A stretch of DNA of 64,000 bases, taken from positions 128,001 to 192,000 of the forward strand of contig CAVYHV010000017.1 in NCBI GenBank assembly GCA_963768425.1, given 5' to 3'. The stretch's first letter is position 1; the number at the start of each line of letters is the position of its first letter. Below, one piece after another: positions 1 to 9,687 of this stretch. This stretch comes from Candidatus Bathyarchaeota archaeon (lineage in GTDB: Archaea > Thermoproteota > Bathyarchaeia > Bathyarchaeales > Bathycorpusculaceae). The notes under the pieces are model-generated. The model made no database searches, was not told the origin of the DNA, and was given only the letters and a program-made list of their open reading frames with translations. A program made the translations under genes and the position numbers.

Positions 1-364
1 GCAGCCGCGTCTGGGCGCCGATGCTTTTAGCCATCAGATCGTAAGCGGTCCAGTAAGGCGTGGGTATAATGATGTTGCCACCAGCCTTCATTGTTAAATA
101 GAGGGTTGCAAAGACGCCCCATTTTGAACCTGGTGTGATAACCACGTTTTCGGCTTTTACTCCATGAATTTTAGCGAGTTTTTGCCTTAGTTTTTCCTCG
201 CCATAAGCTGAAGAATACTTGGTTTTCCCTGCCTTCATCGCAGCGTATGCTGCCTCTACAATCTCCGTGGGCGTGGCTAGGTCAGGGTCACCTAGGTTTA
301 AGCGGATTATTTTTTTCCCTTGGTTTTCGAGTCTTATGGCTTTCTCGTTTATTTCGTAGAGCAT
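1..364 (-). CDS. PLP-dependent class I/II (aspartate/aromatic) aminotransferase, 5' part; runs off the window
   Basis: Manual translation from ATG at 364: MLYEINEKAIRLENQGKKIIRLNLGDPDLATPTEIVEAAYAAMKAGKTKYSSAYGEEKLR...VVITPGSKWG...PTPYWTAY, typical class I aminotransferase N-terminus; last visible gene of the aro operon. Confidence 0.85.
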   Translation of the reverse strand, partial: MLYEINEKAIRLENQGKKIIRLNLGDPDLATPTEIVEAAYAAMKAGKTKYSSAYGEEKLRQKLAKIHGVKAENVVITPGSKWGVFATLYLTMKAGGNIIIPTPYWTAYDLMAKSIGAQTRL

Positions 365-393
365 TAGTGAACTTTCCTTTTTCTGATTATTTC

Positions 394-657
394 TTACTCT
401 TGAACTGCACTGCACATATTAACTATTTCGCGGTAGAGTGCCTCAACTTTCTGGGAATCTAAGCCTAATTCACCAGATTTCTCTTTCACTTTTTTGTAAA
501 CATCGTTTTCTCTGGAGACATCTTTTACAGGCATGCCGCGCTTCTTCTTCACTAAACCAATAGCCATGCATATCTTGATTCTTTCAGTCAGAGATTTCAA
601 AATCAAATCGTCTACTTGGTCAACCTGCTTTCGGTACATTTCAAGCTCATCTAACAA
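394..657 (-). CDS. Chorismate mutase (AroQ/type II)
   Basis: LEMYRKQVDQVDDLILKSLTER...KKKRGMPVKDVSRENDV motif; likely TTG start overlapping the aroC stop. Confidence 0.9.
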   Translation of the reverse strand: MLDELEMYRKQVDQVDDLILKSLTERIKICMAIGLVKKKRGMPVKDVSRENDVYKKVKEKSGELGLDSQKVEALYREIVNMCSAVQE

Positions 658-1765
658 TTTTCTTTGCCTCCAAGACTTTCGAAATGAAACCACCACGGAT
701 CATATGGTCAGCTAACGTAACAGCTACAGCGGCTTCCACCACCGGCACGGCTTTCGGGACCACACAGGGGTCATGCCTTCCTTTGACGGTTACAGATGCA
801 TCTTCCATATTGGACATGTTCACGGTTTTCTGCGGCAAGCTGATGGAAGGCGTCGGTTTAATCGCTACCAGCATGAGAATTGGCATGCCGTTTGATAAGC
901 CCCCCAAGATTCCACCCATGTTATTGGTGAAAGATGCAACTTTCCCGTTTTGCATGACGTAAGCGTCGTTGCTTTCTGAGCCTTTTGACTCAGCGATCCC
1001 GAAACCCAACCCGAATTCAACTGCTTTGACCGCTGGAACATTAAACAGCGCCTTAGCTAAATCAGCGTCAAGAGAGTCAAACAATGGCTCGCCTACCCCC
1101 ACTGGAACGTTGAGAACAAGACATTCGACTACGCCGCCTACGCTTTCACCTTCTTTTCTGGCTTCAACAATGACTTCCTTCATAATTTCACTGCACTCCA
1201 AGTCAGGGCATCGAGTCGCCGCCACATAACGATTCCTTCGGATCACTTCAGAACTAAACTTTTTGTCGCTTCTGATTTTGCCTATTGCTCTTGTATATGC
1301 TAAAACGTCGACGTCGAAGCGGCTTAGCAGTTTCTTGGCTATGGCGCCAGCCATTATTAATGCGACTGTGAGTCTTCCGCTGAAGCGTCCGCCCCCACGG
1401 TAATCGTTAAAGCCGCCGTACTTGATACTTGCAGTGTAGTCTGCGTGCCCGGGTCTTGGCAGATTCTTGTTTACCTCATAGTCTGAGGAGTCAACTTCTT
1501 TGTTCTCCACTGTCACCGCTATTGGTGCACCAGTCGTGAATCCATTAAAGACGCCTGAAAGGATTTTAGGCATGTCTTTTTCGATCCTTCCCGAAACAAT
1601 TTTGGGATCAGATGGGATGCGTCTGTCCAACTCGTCTTGAATGTCCGCTTCAGAGAGAGCTAAGCCTGCCGGGCAACCATCCACAACTACACCTACGATT
1701 TTGCCGTGGCTTTCTCCGAAACTGGTGACAACGAATTCTTTACCTATCGAATTTCCCGCCAACAA
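647..1765 (-). CDS. aroC: Chorismate synthase
   Basis: FGESHG, RPGHAD, GGGRFSGR, KPTPSI, GRHDPC motifs. Confidence 0.97.
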   Translation of the reverse strand: MLAGNSIGKEFVVTSFGESHGKIVGVVVDGCPAGLALSEADIQDELDRRIPSDPKIVSGRIEKDMPKILSGVFNGFTTGAPIAVTVENKEVDSSDYEVNKNLPRPGHADYTASIKYGGFNDYRGGGRFSGRLTVALIMAGAIAKKLLSRFDVDVLAYTRAIGKIRSDKKFSSEVIRRNRYVAATRCPDLECSEIMKEVIVEARKEGESVGGVVECLVLNVPVGVGEPLFDSLDADLAKALFNVPAVKAVEFGLGFGIAESKGSESNDAYVMQNGKVASFTNNMGGILGGLSNGMPILMLVAIKPTPSISLPQKTVNMSNMEDASVTVKGRHDPCVVPKAVPVVEAAVAVTLADHMIRGGFISKVLEAKKIVR

Positions 1766-3044
1766 TTTCCGCTCCTAACTGTTGTAGATGAATAAAGAAC
1801 TGTGGATAAGACTTTCTGACGCATTGAGCGTTTTGAATGAGAGTTTGCTTTTCCGCGCCTAGGGCTGCTACCGCGCAAGCCATCACTATACGATGGTCAT
1901 TGTGGGGGTTAATTGTGGCGCCGTGCAGGCTAGCGGTTTCCTTTATAGTTAGGCTGCTTGAATCCACTTCTATTTTGGCCCCCATCTTTGCGAATTCAGA
2001 ATGGAGGGATAGCAGCCTATCAGATTCTTTTAGCTTGAGCCTTTGCGCTCCGCTGATTTTTGAGGTACCTTTGGCGAAACATGCAAGAGCCGTGCACACT
2101 GGGACAAGATCAGGGATGTTTCTTGCATCGATGTTGAGTGGCTCAAGCGGACTTCCGACGCCGTCTATTTCGACGCTGTTCTCACAAACCTTGCCAGCTA
2201 CGCCCATTTGCTTGAGAATACCCAAAATTGCTTTGTCGCCCTGAATGGTCTCGTAATCGAGATCGTTTATCTGCACTTTTGAGTTAGTTACGGCTGCGGC
2301 TGCCAATAGAAATGCGGCTGAAGAGAAGTCTCCGGGCACTCGACAATCAACGGGCTTGAAGGTTTGGTTGGCTGGAATGACGATACTTTCGAAATTTCCG
2401 TAAACGTCCACTCTGATCCCATGCTTTGAGAGCACGTCCAAAGTCATCTTGACGTAGTCCGTTGACTCCAGCGGCGAGGTGAGCTTAATTTCAGTGTCAA
2501 CTTTAGCCATTGGGCATGCAAACATTAGACCCGAAATGAACTGGGAAGTAACATCGCCGCGAATTGAGGTTTGTCCTCCGAGGATTCCGCCGCCCTCGAC
2601 AATTACTGCGTCTTTGCCTCCGAATTTTTTTATATGAACCCTTGTGCCCAAATCGTCGAGGCTTTTGATTAGTGGTTCGATTGGTCTGCGGTTAAGAGAG
2701 CCGCGGAAGAGCAGCGTGGAAGAGTCACTTGCTAGGGCAGCTAGGGGTATCATGAAACGTAGCGTAGCCCCAGATTCTCCGCAGTCAACGGGTGCTTTCG
2801 CGTTTTGAATCGGCGCTGCGCCTTTGATAACCCAGCAGTTTTCCTCAAAGCTTGTTTCTGCACCTAACGCCGTTATCCCGCGCAAGGTAGCTTCTGTGTC
2901 TTCGGAAAGAAGCGGGTTTGAGACTTTTCCGGTACCGAATGAAAGCGCCGCTGCGATGAGCATTCTCTGTGTGTAAGATTTTGAAGGGGGAGCGCATAAT
3001 TCGCCTTTTAGTTTTTCAGATTTTTTAACGATTACGTCGACCAT
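1740..3044 (-). CDS. aroA: EPSP synthase
   Basis: PPSKSYTQR, GESGATLRF, SQFISGL, KESDRL, DHRIVM, KSYPQF. Confidence 0.97.
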   Translation of the reverse strand: MVDVIVKKSEKLKGELCAPPSKSYTQRMLIAAALSFGTGKVSNPLLSEDTEATLRGITALGAETSFEENCWVIKGAAPIQNAKAPVDCGESGATLRFMIPLAALASDSSTLLFRGSLNRRPIEPLIKSLDDLGTRVHIKKFGGKDAVIVEGGGILGGQTSIRGDVTSQFISGLMFACPMAKVDTEIKLTSPLESTDYVKMTLDVLSKHGIRVDVYGNFESIVIPANQTFKPVDCRVPGDFSSAAFLLAAAAVTNSKVQINDLDYETIQGDKAILGILKQMGVAGKVCENSVEIDGVGSPLEPLNIDARNIPDLVPVCTALACFAKGTSKISGAQRLKLKESDRLLSLHSEFAKMGAKIEVDSSSLTIKETASLHGATINPHNDHRIVMACAVAALGAEKQTLIQNAQCVRKSYPQFFIHLQQLGAEIVGGKFDR

Positions 3045-3045
3045 G

Positions 3046-3916
3046 CTAAATCACCTTTGCTTTCTCCTGGTTGAAGTTGGCTTGCAAGACTTCGCCGTCG
3101 AATTTCTTAAGCGCAGCACTCACCGAATCAACTTTGCCCTTGGGCGTAACTGCTGTTACCGCTGGTCCTTTACCGCAGAGCCCAGCCGCCACCGCCCCAG
3201 CTTCCAACGCGTCAATCGCGATTGAGGAGTCATACCCCCATGCTGATGAGTAGATTATGCCGTTGAGCGTCAACGACTCCCAGAACTTGCCCGCTAAAGC
3301 TTCTTCGTAGGCAACTTGAACTAGCGGTTTTACTTTTCGTGCCCTCTCAACGTTTGAGTCAGCTGTGTAGGATTTTTCCAGAGGAACATGGAAAAGCACA
3401 ACCAAATCTTCAGGCAAAGGTGACTTTCTGAGAAGTTTCTGCTCCAAATTGTCAGTAATAACCACGCCGCCGAAATATGAAGCGCATGCATCGTCAAAAG
3501 CGCCCGTAACTGTCACTTTAGCGTCGAAAGCAGCGTCAACGCCCAGCCTGACGATTTCAACGTCATCCAGCGTTTCGCCCAAGAGCCGCTATAGTTGCCA
3601 ACGCAACCGCATTAGCTGCGGCACTGCTGCTTTTAAGCCCCTTTGCGATGGGAATGTTGGACCAAGTTTTGACTTTGGCGCCGAATCTCCTCTCCGCCTT
3701 AAAATATTGGAGAACTCGCGCGACAGTTTTTTCCATCAGAACCGTGCTTTCTTTCGGATCAGAAACTATCTCTGCGTTGAAAATCGCGACCTCATCCGTC
3801 AATTCTACCTGCGCCTTCGTAAACAGGTCAACTCCGAAAGCGGCGCCTTTGCCCAGCGCCATTGCGTTAACAATCGTTGCTGCGCCATGAGCTATAGCTG
3901 TGGCTTCCTTCGTCAA
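3046..3916 (-). CDS. aroK: Archaeal GHMP-type shikimate kinase (apparent frameshift ~3575)
   Basis: HGAATIVNA and GLKSSSA in 3563..3916; VTVTGAFDDA and GKGPAV in 3046..3582. Confidence 0.9.
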
Positions 3917-4780
3917 CTCTTCTGCACCTTTCGCAAGTGACTAAGCGCTGCCTCCCTCATAACTTGAACTGGCGCCTTAGCTCCAGTCCAGATTTCAAAT
4001 GACGCTGCCCCTTGATAAATCAGCATTTCAACCCCACTGACCACTTTGGCGCCTGCAGCCTTCGCTTTTTTCGCTAATTTGGTTTCGATTGGGTTGTAGA
4101 CTATATCCATTACAGCTAAGTCAGGCTTGAGCCATTTTGGGGCTACCAGAGTTTCGTTATCGTTTGGTTTCATCCCGACTGAGGTAGCGTTAATCAGAAT
4201 GTCAGCATCAACTAGATTTCCTTTGACCGTGAGGGGGGAAAGCGCGTACGCAAACACTTTGCTGTCAAATGTTTCCTTTATGAGGTCAGCTAACTGGGCA
4301 GCTGGCACAATTGAACGATTCAAAATTGAAATCTCTGCTGTGTGCTCGGCCAAAGCGAAGGCTATAGCTCTTGCAGCGCCGCCTGCGCCAAGCAACATTA
4401 CTTTTTTGCCCTTGGGCTCAACTCCATTTTCTCTCAGAGCTGACAATGCACCGACGCCGTCAGTGTTAAAGCCCAAAAGTTTGCCATTTTCATTCTTTAC
4501 TGTGTTAACTGCCTTCAGAGCCTTGGCTGCCGGGTCAACTTCATCCAAGAAGCTAAGTACAGAGGCTTTATAAGGCATCGTAACGTTCAAGCCCTGAATC
4601 CCCAACGCACGTACGCCGTCCATGGCTTTTCCAACGTCAGGAGATTTTACATTAAACGCTAAGAATGTGCAGTCAAGTTTGGTTGCATGCAAACGCCGCG
4701 TTCTGCATAACTGGACTTAAGCTATGCTCAATGGGGTCGCCGATTACTCCGAAAACCTTGGTTTTCCCTGAAACAGCCAT
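3913..4780 (-). CDS. aroE: Shikimate dehydrogenase (apparent frameshift ~4688)
   Basis: N-terminus MAVSGKTKVFGVIGDPIEHSLSPVMQNAAF read manually from ATG at 4780; NVTMPYK, NTDG, GAGGAARA, QGAASF. Confidence 0.92.
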
Positions 4781-4781
4781 T

Positions 4782-5465
4782 TCACTGTGCCCCCAAAAGC
4801 TCGTATGCAGCCTTCATTTTGCCGATAGACATTTGCCCCTTCGCAGTTTCGCTACCCTGCTCAAGACAAGCAAAAGTGAAGAAAGCGCCGAACATCGGTG
4901 AAATAAGCCTTGAAACCTTCCCTTCTTCGCCCATGCAGAAACAGACAAGCTTCACCTTACCTGAATGGGAAGATACAAAATTCAGCACTTCCAAATTGTC
5001 CTCGATTTTCTTGGCTGTCACCACAATTTTGCAGACGTTGGCGCCGCATGCGACTTCTTGCTCAAGAACGTTTTCCATCGATGAACGGCTTAATTCGCCG
5101 TCGAATTTGTGGTGGGAAACTATTATTTTGGCGCCCAGCTGCTTGAGTTTTTCGATTATTTCTTGGCGATTCGGGCTTGACAGGTCAACGTCAACGTACT
5201 CGAACCCGTTTTGGGCTGCATTTAGAAGACTTTGTTGACGTTCGGTTTCTGACGCCGAGGAAACGCCGTTTTCACTGGTCAGTTTATGGGTTGCGATTAA
5301 AGGGATTTTTGCGCTCTGAATAAATGCCTTCAAGTCTGTTGTAACATCCATGCGGTCGAGCCTAACTTCGATTAGGTCGGCTTTGGCTTCCTCCGCGCTT
5401 TTGATGAGGTTTAACGCTTCAGCCGTGTTTTTTGGAAGAATCGAAACGCAGATTCTCATTGTCAC
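4782..5465 (-). CDS. aroD: Type I 3-dehydroquinate dehydratase
   Basis: EVRLD, VDVDL, IIVSHH, KIV, MGEEGKVSRL, GQM. Confidence 0.93.
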   Translation of the reverse strand: MTMRICVSILPKNTAEALNLIKSAEEAKADLIEVRLDRMDVTTDLKAFIQSAKIPLIATHKLTSENGVSSASETERQQSLLNAAQNGFEYVDVDLSSPNRQEIIEKLKQLGAKIIVSHHKFDGELSRSSMENVLEQEVACGANVCKIVVTAKKIEDNLEVLNFVSSHSGKVKLVCFCMGEEGKVSRLISPMFGAFFTFACLEQGSETAKGQMSIGKMKAAYELLGAQ

Positions 5466-6504
5466 CTTTCAATCACCGTTTCTTCAGGCACGGAAACGCC
5501 AAAGTGCCTGCCTCCCTTAGCGGCTAAATGCACCAGAACCTCGTCGTTTACGTTGAGTTCCGTGACGGGTTTGGAGGCTTTCGGCGTGACAAGGCGGATG
5601 GTTTCAGCGTTTTGCAGTATAGTTTTGATTTTTGTGTCGTCCGCTTGCGCTTCAATCAGGATGAGTGGTCGGAACTCGATTTTTGACCTGCCCACATTGG
5701 TTATTCTTGCTTTTCCTTCTCTGTTAATGATTAAAACTTCGTCCCCGGCTTTCAGTTCAGAGAGGTACCGAGTGTTCTGGATCGATGTTAGCGTGTAATG
5801 TGATGCAGGTCCAGCGTTCACTCGGAAGGGTCGGGATTGCACATACGGGTTCTCATTTACTTCCGCCTCAACGAGGAAGAACCCTGCTGATTGGCAGCCA
5901 ACGAGCATTCCCTCGCCTGGAACCATCAAATCTACAGTGTCCACGCAGACTCTTGCACCTGTGCCGATAGTTTGAATGGAGAGAACCTTTGCGATCGTTA
6001 ACGCGACCTTAGGAATTTGACCCTTGACCAGCTTTACTGTTTTGGCGAGTTCATTGAGGTTTGAGGTTTTTAGTAGAACACCGTCTGTTCCCAGCTCTAA
6101 GGCTTCAAGAACCACTTTGGCTTCTTGCGCGGTGGCGACTTCGCGATAAGTTTGCTTTTACCCCCATGCGCCTTCGCAATTAAGTTCTCCAGCGGGATAA
6201 CACGCCAATCAAACGTGCTAATAATTATGTAATCAACTCCCATCTCAGCCGCTTTGGCAGCGCGGTTCTCTTCTTCTTTCCCTGTTATGTTGATTTTAAC
6301 GGCGGTTTTTCTGCTTTCATTTTTAGTTTGCGAAATTTTTTTCTCAGACAGATCAGCGAGGAAAACTATGTCTAATTTGCCGTTACGGGTGCTCGCTTGG
6401 GTTCCTTCGAGCACTACATCCGCGTTTTCATGTGCAGTGCTGAGCAAGTTTTCTTTTTCTTGCGGTGAAGCCGCATGTTCGATTTCTACCCAAAGTTCCT
6501 TCAC
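5462..6504 (-). CDS. aroB': 3-dehydroquinate synthase II (archaeal; apparent frameshift ~6140)
   Basis: DWRVIPLENLIA, RVCVDT, RPFRVNAG, YLSEL, LQNAETIRL, GRHFG. Confidence 0.93.
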
Positions 6505-7291
6505 GTTTTTTCACCGAGAATTTTAGCGCTTCTTGCACGCTGGCGCCGCCGTGAACGATTGCTGAGAGCGCCTTGACGATTAGGGTTGGGTTTTCATGTT
6601 GGAAGACGTTGCGTCCGATTGAAAGCCCAGATGCTCCAGCTGAAAGGGCGTCATGTGTGGTTTGGAGAACTTCTTCAGAAGTCTTGCATTTCGGTCCCCC
6701 GGCAATCACCACTGGAACGGGGCAACTCTCCACCACGGTTTTGAAGGTGTCTATGCTTCCTGTAAAGTTTGCTTTGATGATGTCTGCGCCAAGCTCGGCG
6801 CCGATTCGTGCTGCATGAGCAACGACGTCGGCTGCGTGTTCATTTTGTATTTTGGGTCCCCGAGGATACATCATTGCAAGAAGCGGCATGCCGTAAACAT
6901 CACATTCGTCGGCTACGCTACCAAGGTTTTGAAGCATTTTGTCTTCGTCTTGGGCGCCGATGTTAACGTGCACTGAAACCGCGTCTGCACCAAGGCGAAT
7001 TGCTTCCTGTACGCTGCAAACTTGGACTTTGCCGTTCACGTTCGGGCTAAGGTTTGACATGCCTGAAAGCATCACGATTAACCCTACGTCATCAGCGTCG
7101 GTGTGTTTAGCGATGCCTTTGTGGACAAGGACGGCGTCGGCGCCGCCTTTGATGAGTTGATCGATTGTTTTCTGCATGTTGGTTAACCCTTGGATTGGGC
7201 CGATTGTTACGCCGTGGTCCATAGGTACGATTACAGTACGGTTGTCTTGCTGCATTATTCTTCTTAGTCTTCGACTTTTTCCTTGATTCAT
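6428..7291 (-). CDS. aroA': 2-amino-3,7-dideoxy-D-threo-hept-6-ulosonate (ADH) synthase, DhnA-type aldolase; true stop probably ~6500 (1-nt deletion near end)
   Basis: PMDHG, MYPRG, AELGADIIK, AGGPK, GRNVFQ; adjacent to DHQ synthase II. Confidence 0.9.
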   Translation of the reverse strand: MNQGKSRRLRRIMQQDNRTVIVPMDHGVTIGPIQGLTNMQKTIDQLIKGGADAVLVHKGIAKHTDADDVGLIVMLSGMSNLSPNVNGKVQVCSVQEAIRLGADAVSVHVNIGAQDEDKMLQNLGSVADECDVYGMPLLAMMYPRGPKIQNEHAADVVAHAARIGAELGADIIKANFTGSIDTFKTVVESCPVPVVIAGGPKCKTSEEVLQTTHDALSAGASGLSIGRNVFQHENPTLIVKALSAIVHGGASVQEALKFSVKKREGTLGRNRTCGFTARKRKLAQHCT

Positions 7292-7300
7292 GTTTCCACC

Positions 7301-8549
7301 TTACTTAGCGCTCCTTAAAGAGTTTTTAATCATTTTGAGGGCTTTTTCCCGTTCATTCCAATCCACAAAAAGTAGGATGCTTGACGTTATTGTCAGTATT
7401 CCTGAAATGTTTATGCCGCTAACTCGCAAATCTTCACTGATTTTCCCAATTATGCCGTGGGTTTCCTCCAAGCCGACGCCGCTTGTCTTTATGAAAACAA
7501 GGTCCTTTTTCACAGCCATAGCGATCGTTTCCTTGTTGCTCTTTGTTATATTGTGGATATCGTTGAATAACCCCTCCAAGTTTGCTTCTTCTGAAACGTA
7601 AAGGATAACGGAGTTCGTGTTCATCGACATGCCCAAGAGATGCGAATGCAGCTTCGTTTTCTCAACCATCTCCTGAACGATCTGCGGGTTAGCTGAGATG
7701 CCGTTCCCTATCACGGTAATTTCGGCGACAGGGAAAGGATGCGCAATTTCAGCGTCAAGCTCACTGGCTAAGTCCACCTGTAACTAACGTTCCTTCTTCT
7801 GAAAGGTTGCCGCAGGCGTGGTTGATGACGCGGACGTTGATATTTTTGGGTTTGTACTTTAACGCTTTGCTGTGGATGAATTTCGCACCTGAATCGGCAA
7901 GCCCAACTAGCGTGTTGACATCGATTTCTTTTAGACGCTCAACGTTGGAAAGAAGTTTCGGGTCTCCTGTCATGATGCCGTTAGCGTCTGTTACCAAGAT
8001 GATTTCGTTCGCTCCTAGCGCTTCGGCGAGGACAAAGGCCGTTGTGTCGCTTCCACCTCTTCCAAGAGTTGTGATTTTGCCGTCTTTGGTTTTACCCAAG
8101 AAACCTGCAACCACGGGAACTGTGCCTTTTTCCATGATTGGCAGGACGCATTCACGGATATTTTTTTCGCAGTCTTTGAGGATTGGATTAGCATTTTGAA
8201 AGGCTGCATCAGTTATTATAGGCCAGTTGCTGTCAATCGGGTCAAAATAGCAGGATTCCGCTCCGTTCGTTCTTAGCGCTGTTGAGAAGATTCGGATGCT
8301 GGTCCGCTCACCCATCGACAGGATATCGTCCAAATCTTTTTTCTCCAGTTTCCCGTTGGAAGCGTTCTTCGCCGTAGCCATGAGGACATCAGTTGTTTTG
8401 CCCATAGCGGAAACTACAACAGCGATCCGAGTGCCTTTTTTAGCTTCATTAACCACAGCAACCACAGCTTTTAAGAGTCTTTCGTGATCCGCTAGGCTAG
8501 ACCCACCGAATTTAACAACAATTGTTTTGTTAGAGCGAGTTTTCTCCAT
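7301..8549 (-). CDS. lysC: Aspartate kinase with C-terminal ACT-like region (apparent frameshift ~7770)
   Basis: VKFGGSS, VVSAMGKTTD, GER, TLGRGGSDTTA; ACT-like part in 7301..7777. Confidence 0.92.
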
Positions 8550-8566
8550 TTGTTACACCCGTGCTT

Positions 8567-8605
8567 GCCCAGAACCAACCCCAAAAAAATTCTTTAGTTC
8601 TGGGC
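8567..8605 (-). terminator. Putative attenuator hairpin with U7 tract in the loop
   Basis: mRNA GCCCAGAACUAA-AGAAUUUUUUUGGGG-UUGGUUCUGGGC: 12-bp stem (11 Watson-Crick + 1 U:G) whose 5' arm covers the last 3 leader codons and the stop. Confidence 0.55.
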
Positions 8606-8689
8606 TTGAGGAAAATAACTATAATAAAAGTAGTCGAAGCTCTGGAACCATGAGGCAACGTTTTCTTTGTTGAGTGCGAGATTAGACAT
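8594..8689 (-). CDS. Putative aromatic-amino-acid-sensing leader peptide (31 aa)
   Basis: ATG...TAA ORF MSNLALNKENVASWFQSFDYFYYSYFPQAQN; 1 W, 4 F, 4 Y within residues 14-26; ends 44 nt before the aspartate kinase ATG. Confidence 0.8.
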   Translation of the reverse strand: MSNLALNKENVASWFQSFDYFYYSYFPQAQN

Positions 8690-8728
8690 TGAAGCTTCGA
8701 ACCTTGCAGAATGAGTCATAAAATAGAA

Positions 8729-8744
8729 AATATAAGCGTTTCGG
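8729..8744 (-). promoter_or_regulatory. Putative BRE/TATA promoter of the leader plus aro operon
   Basis: Minus strand CCGAAAcgCTTATATT; predicted TSS ~8705-8710, just upstream of the leader ATG. Confidence 0.55.
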
Positions 8745-8850
8745 ATTCAGCCTCCATTTTAGTCGCCTGCCTGAGACTTTTAGGCCTTGAAATCTGTGTA
8801 TAGCATTTATCAACTTGTCCATTCTATAACAACAAGCAGGAAGAGCCGCC

Positions 8851-9687
8851 ATGAAAACTCAAAACCAAAGCAACTGGCAAAGTATCCTTCTCGAATGCAA
8901 AAACAATGTTCAGAAAAGCATCGCGCCCTGCCTCAAAACTATCAAAGAAACTCAACCCAACCTTGGAGTGGGCGCAGGCGGCGACTCGATGAAGCCTATG
9001 GATTTAGCGGCTGAAAAAGCGATCATAGACACCTTGAACCTACATAAAGTTTCGTTTACTTTAATCAGCGAGGAATCGGGGGTAAAGCAATTTGGCGAGT
9101 CGGCGAATGAGTGTTTTGTTACGGTTGACCCGATTGATGGAAGCACAAATTTCATGCGTGGCTTACCCTTCTACGCATGCTCTATCGCGGTTTCAGATAA
9201 GCCTCGGCTAGCGGATGTTTACGCTGGGTTGGTCGCAGACCTCTTCCATGATGTGACGTACACTGCTTTATTGGGGAAAGGCGCATTCCGGGACGGAAAA
9301 AAGATTGAACCCTCAAAAACTGCGTCGTTGGATGAGGCGCTGATAGGTTTAGATCTGAATACTTACAAAGTCAAAGAGGTTGCGCCCAAAGTAACTGCAC
9401 TTATCGAGAAAACTAAGCATATACGCCACTTCGGTGCAAACGCGCTGGAACTCTGCTACGTGGCCGATGGCTCAACAGACGCGTTCGTCGACTTACGAGG
9501 GAAACTGCGCACAACTGACGTCGCAGCGGGTTTCCTCATCATAAAAGAGGCAGGCGGAATTGTTACAACCCCAGATGATCAAGCCATAGATGTCGAGTTA
9601 GACCCTAAGCGGACGTTGAGTTTTATCGCTTCAAGCAACAGGAAAATCCACGAAAAAATCTTAAGCCTGGTTAAAAAACCATGTTAA
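8851..9687 (+). CDS. suhB: Inositol monophosphatase / FBPase (FIG family)
   Basis: ISEE, DPIDGSTNF, DVAAG. Confidence 0.88.
   Translation: MKTQNQSNWQSILLECKNNVQKSIAPCLKTIKETQPNLGVGAGGDSMKPMDLAAEKAIIDTLNLHKVSFTLISEESGVKQFGESANECFVTVDPIDGSTNFMRGLPFYACSIAVSDKPRLADVYAGLVADLFHDVTYTALLGKGAFRDGKKIEPSKTASLDEALIGLDLNTYKVKEVAPKVTALIEKTKHIRHFGANALELCYVADGSTDAFVDLRGKLRTTDVAAGFLIIKEAGGIVTTPDDQAIDVELDPKRTLSFIASSNRKIHEKILSLVKKPC

Noticed and set aside
6428-6500. Long overlap of ADH synthase with aroB'
   Set aside because: Explained by a 1-nt deletion in an A-run; the repaired frame stops at the aroB' GTG.
8690-8719. In-frame upstream ATG extending the leader peptide to 41 aa (MTHSARFEAS-)
   Set aside because: Only ~10 nt from the predicted TATA box, so probably upstream of the TSS; ATG 8689 preferred.
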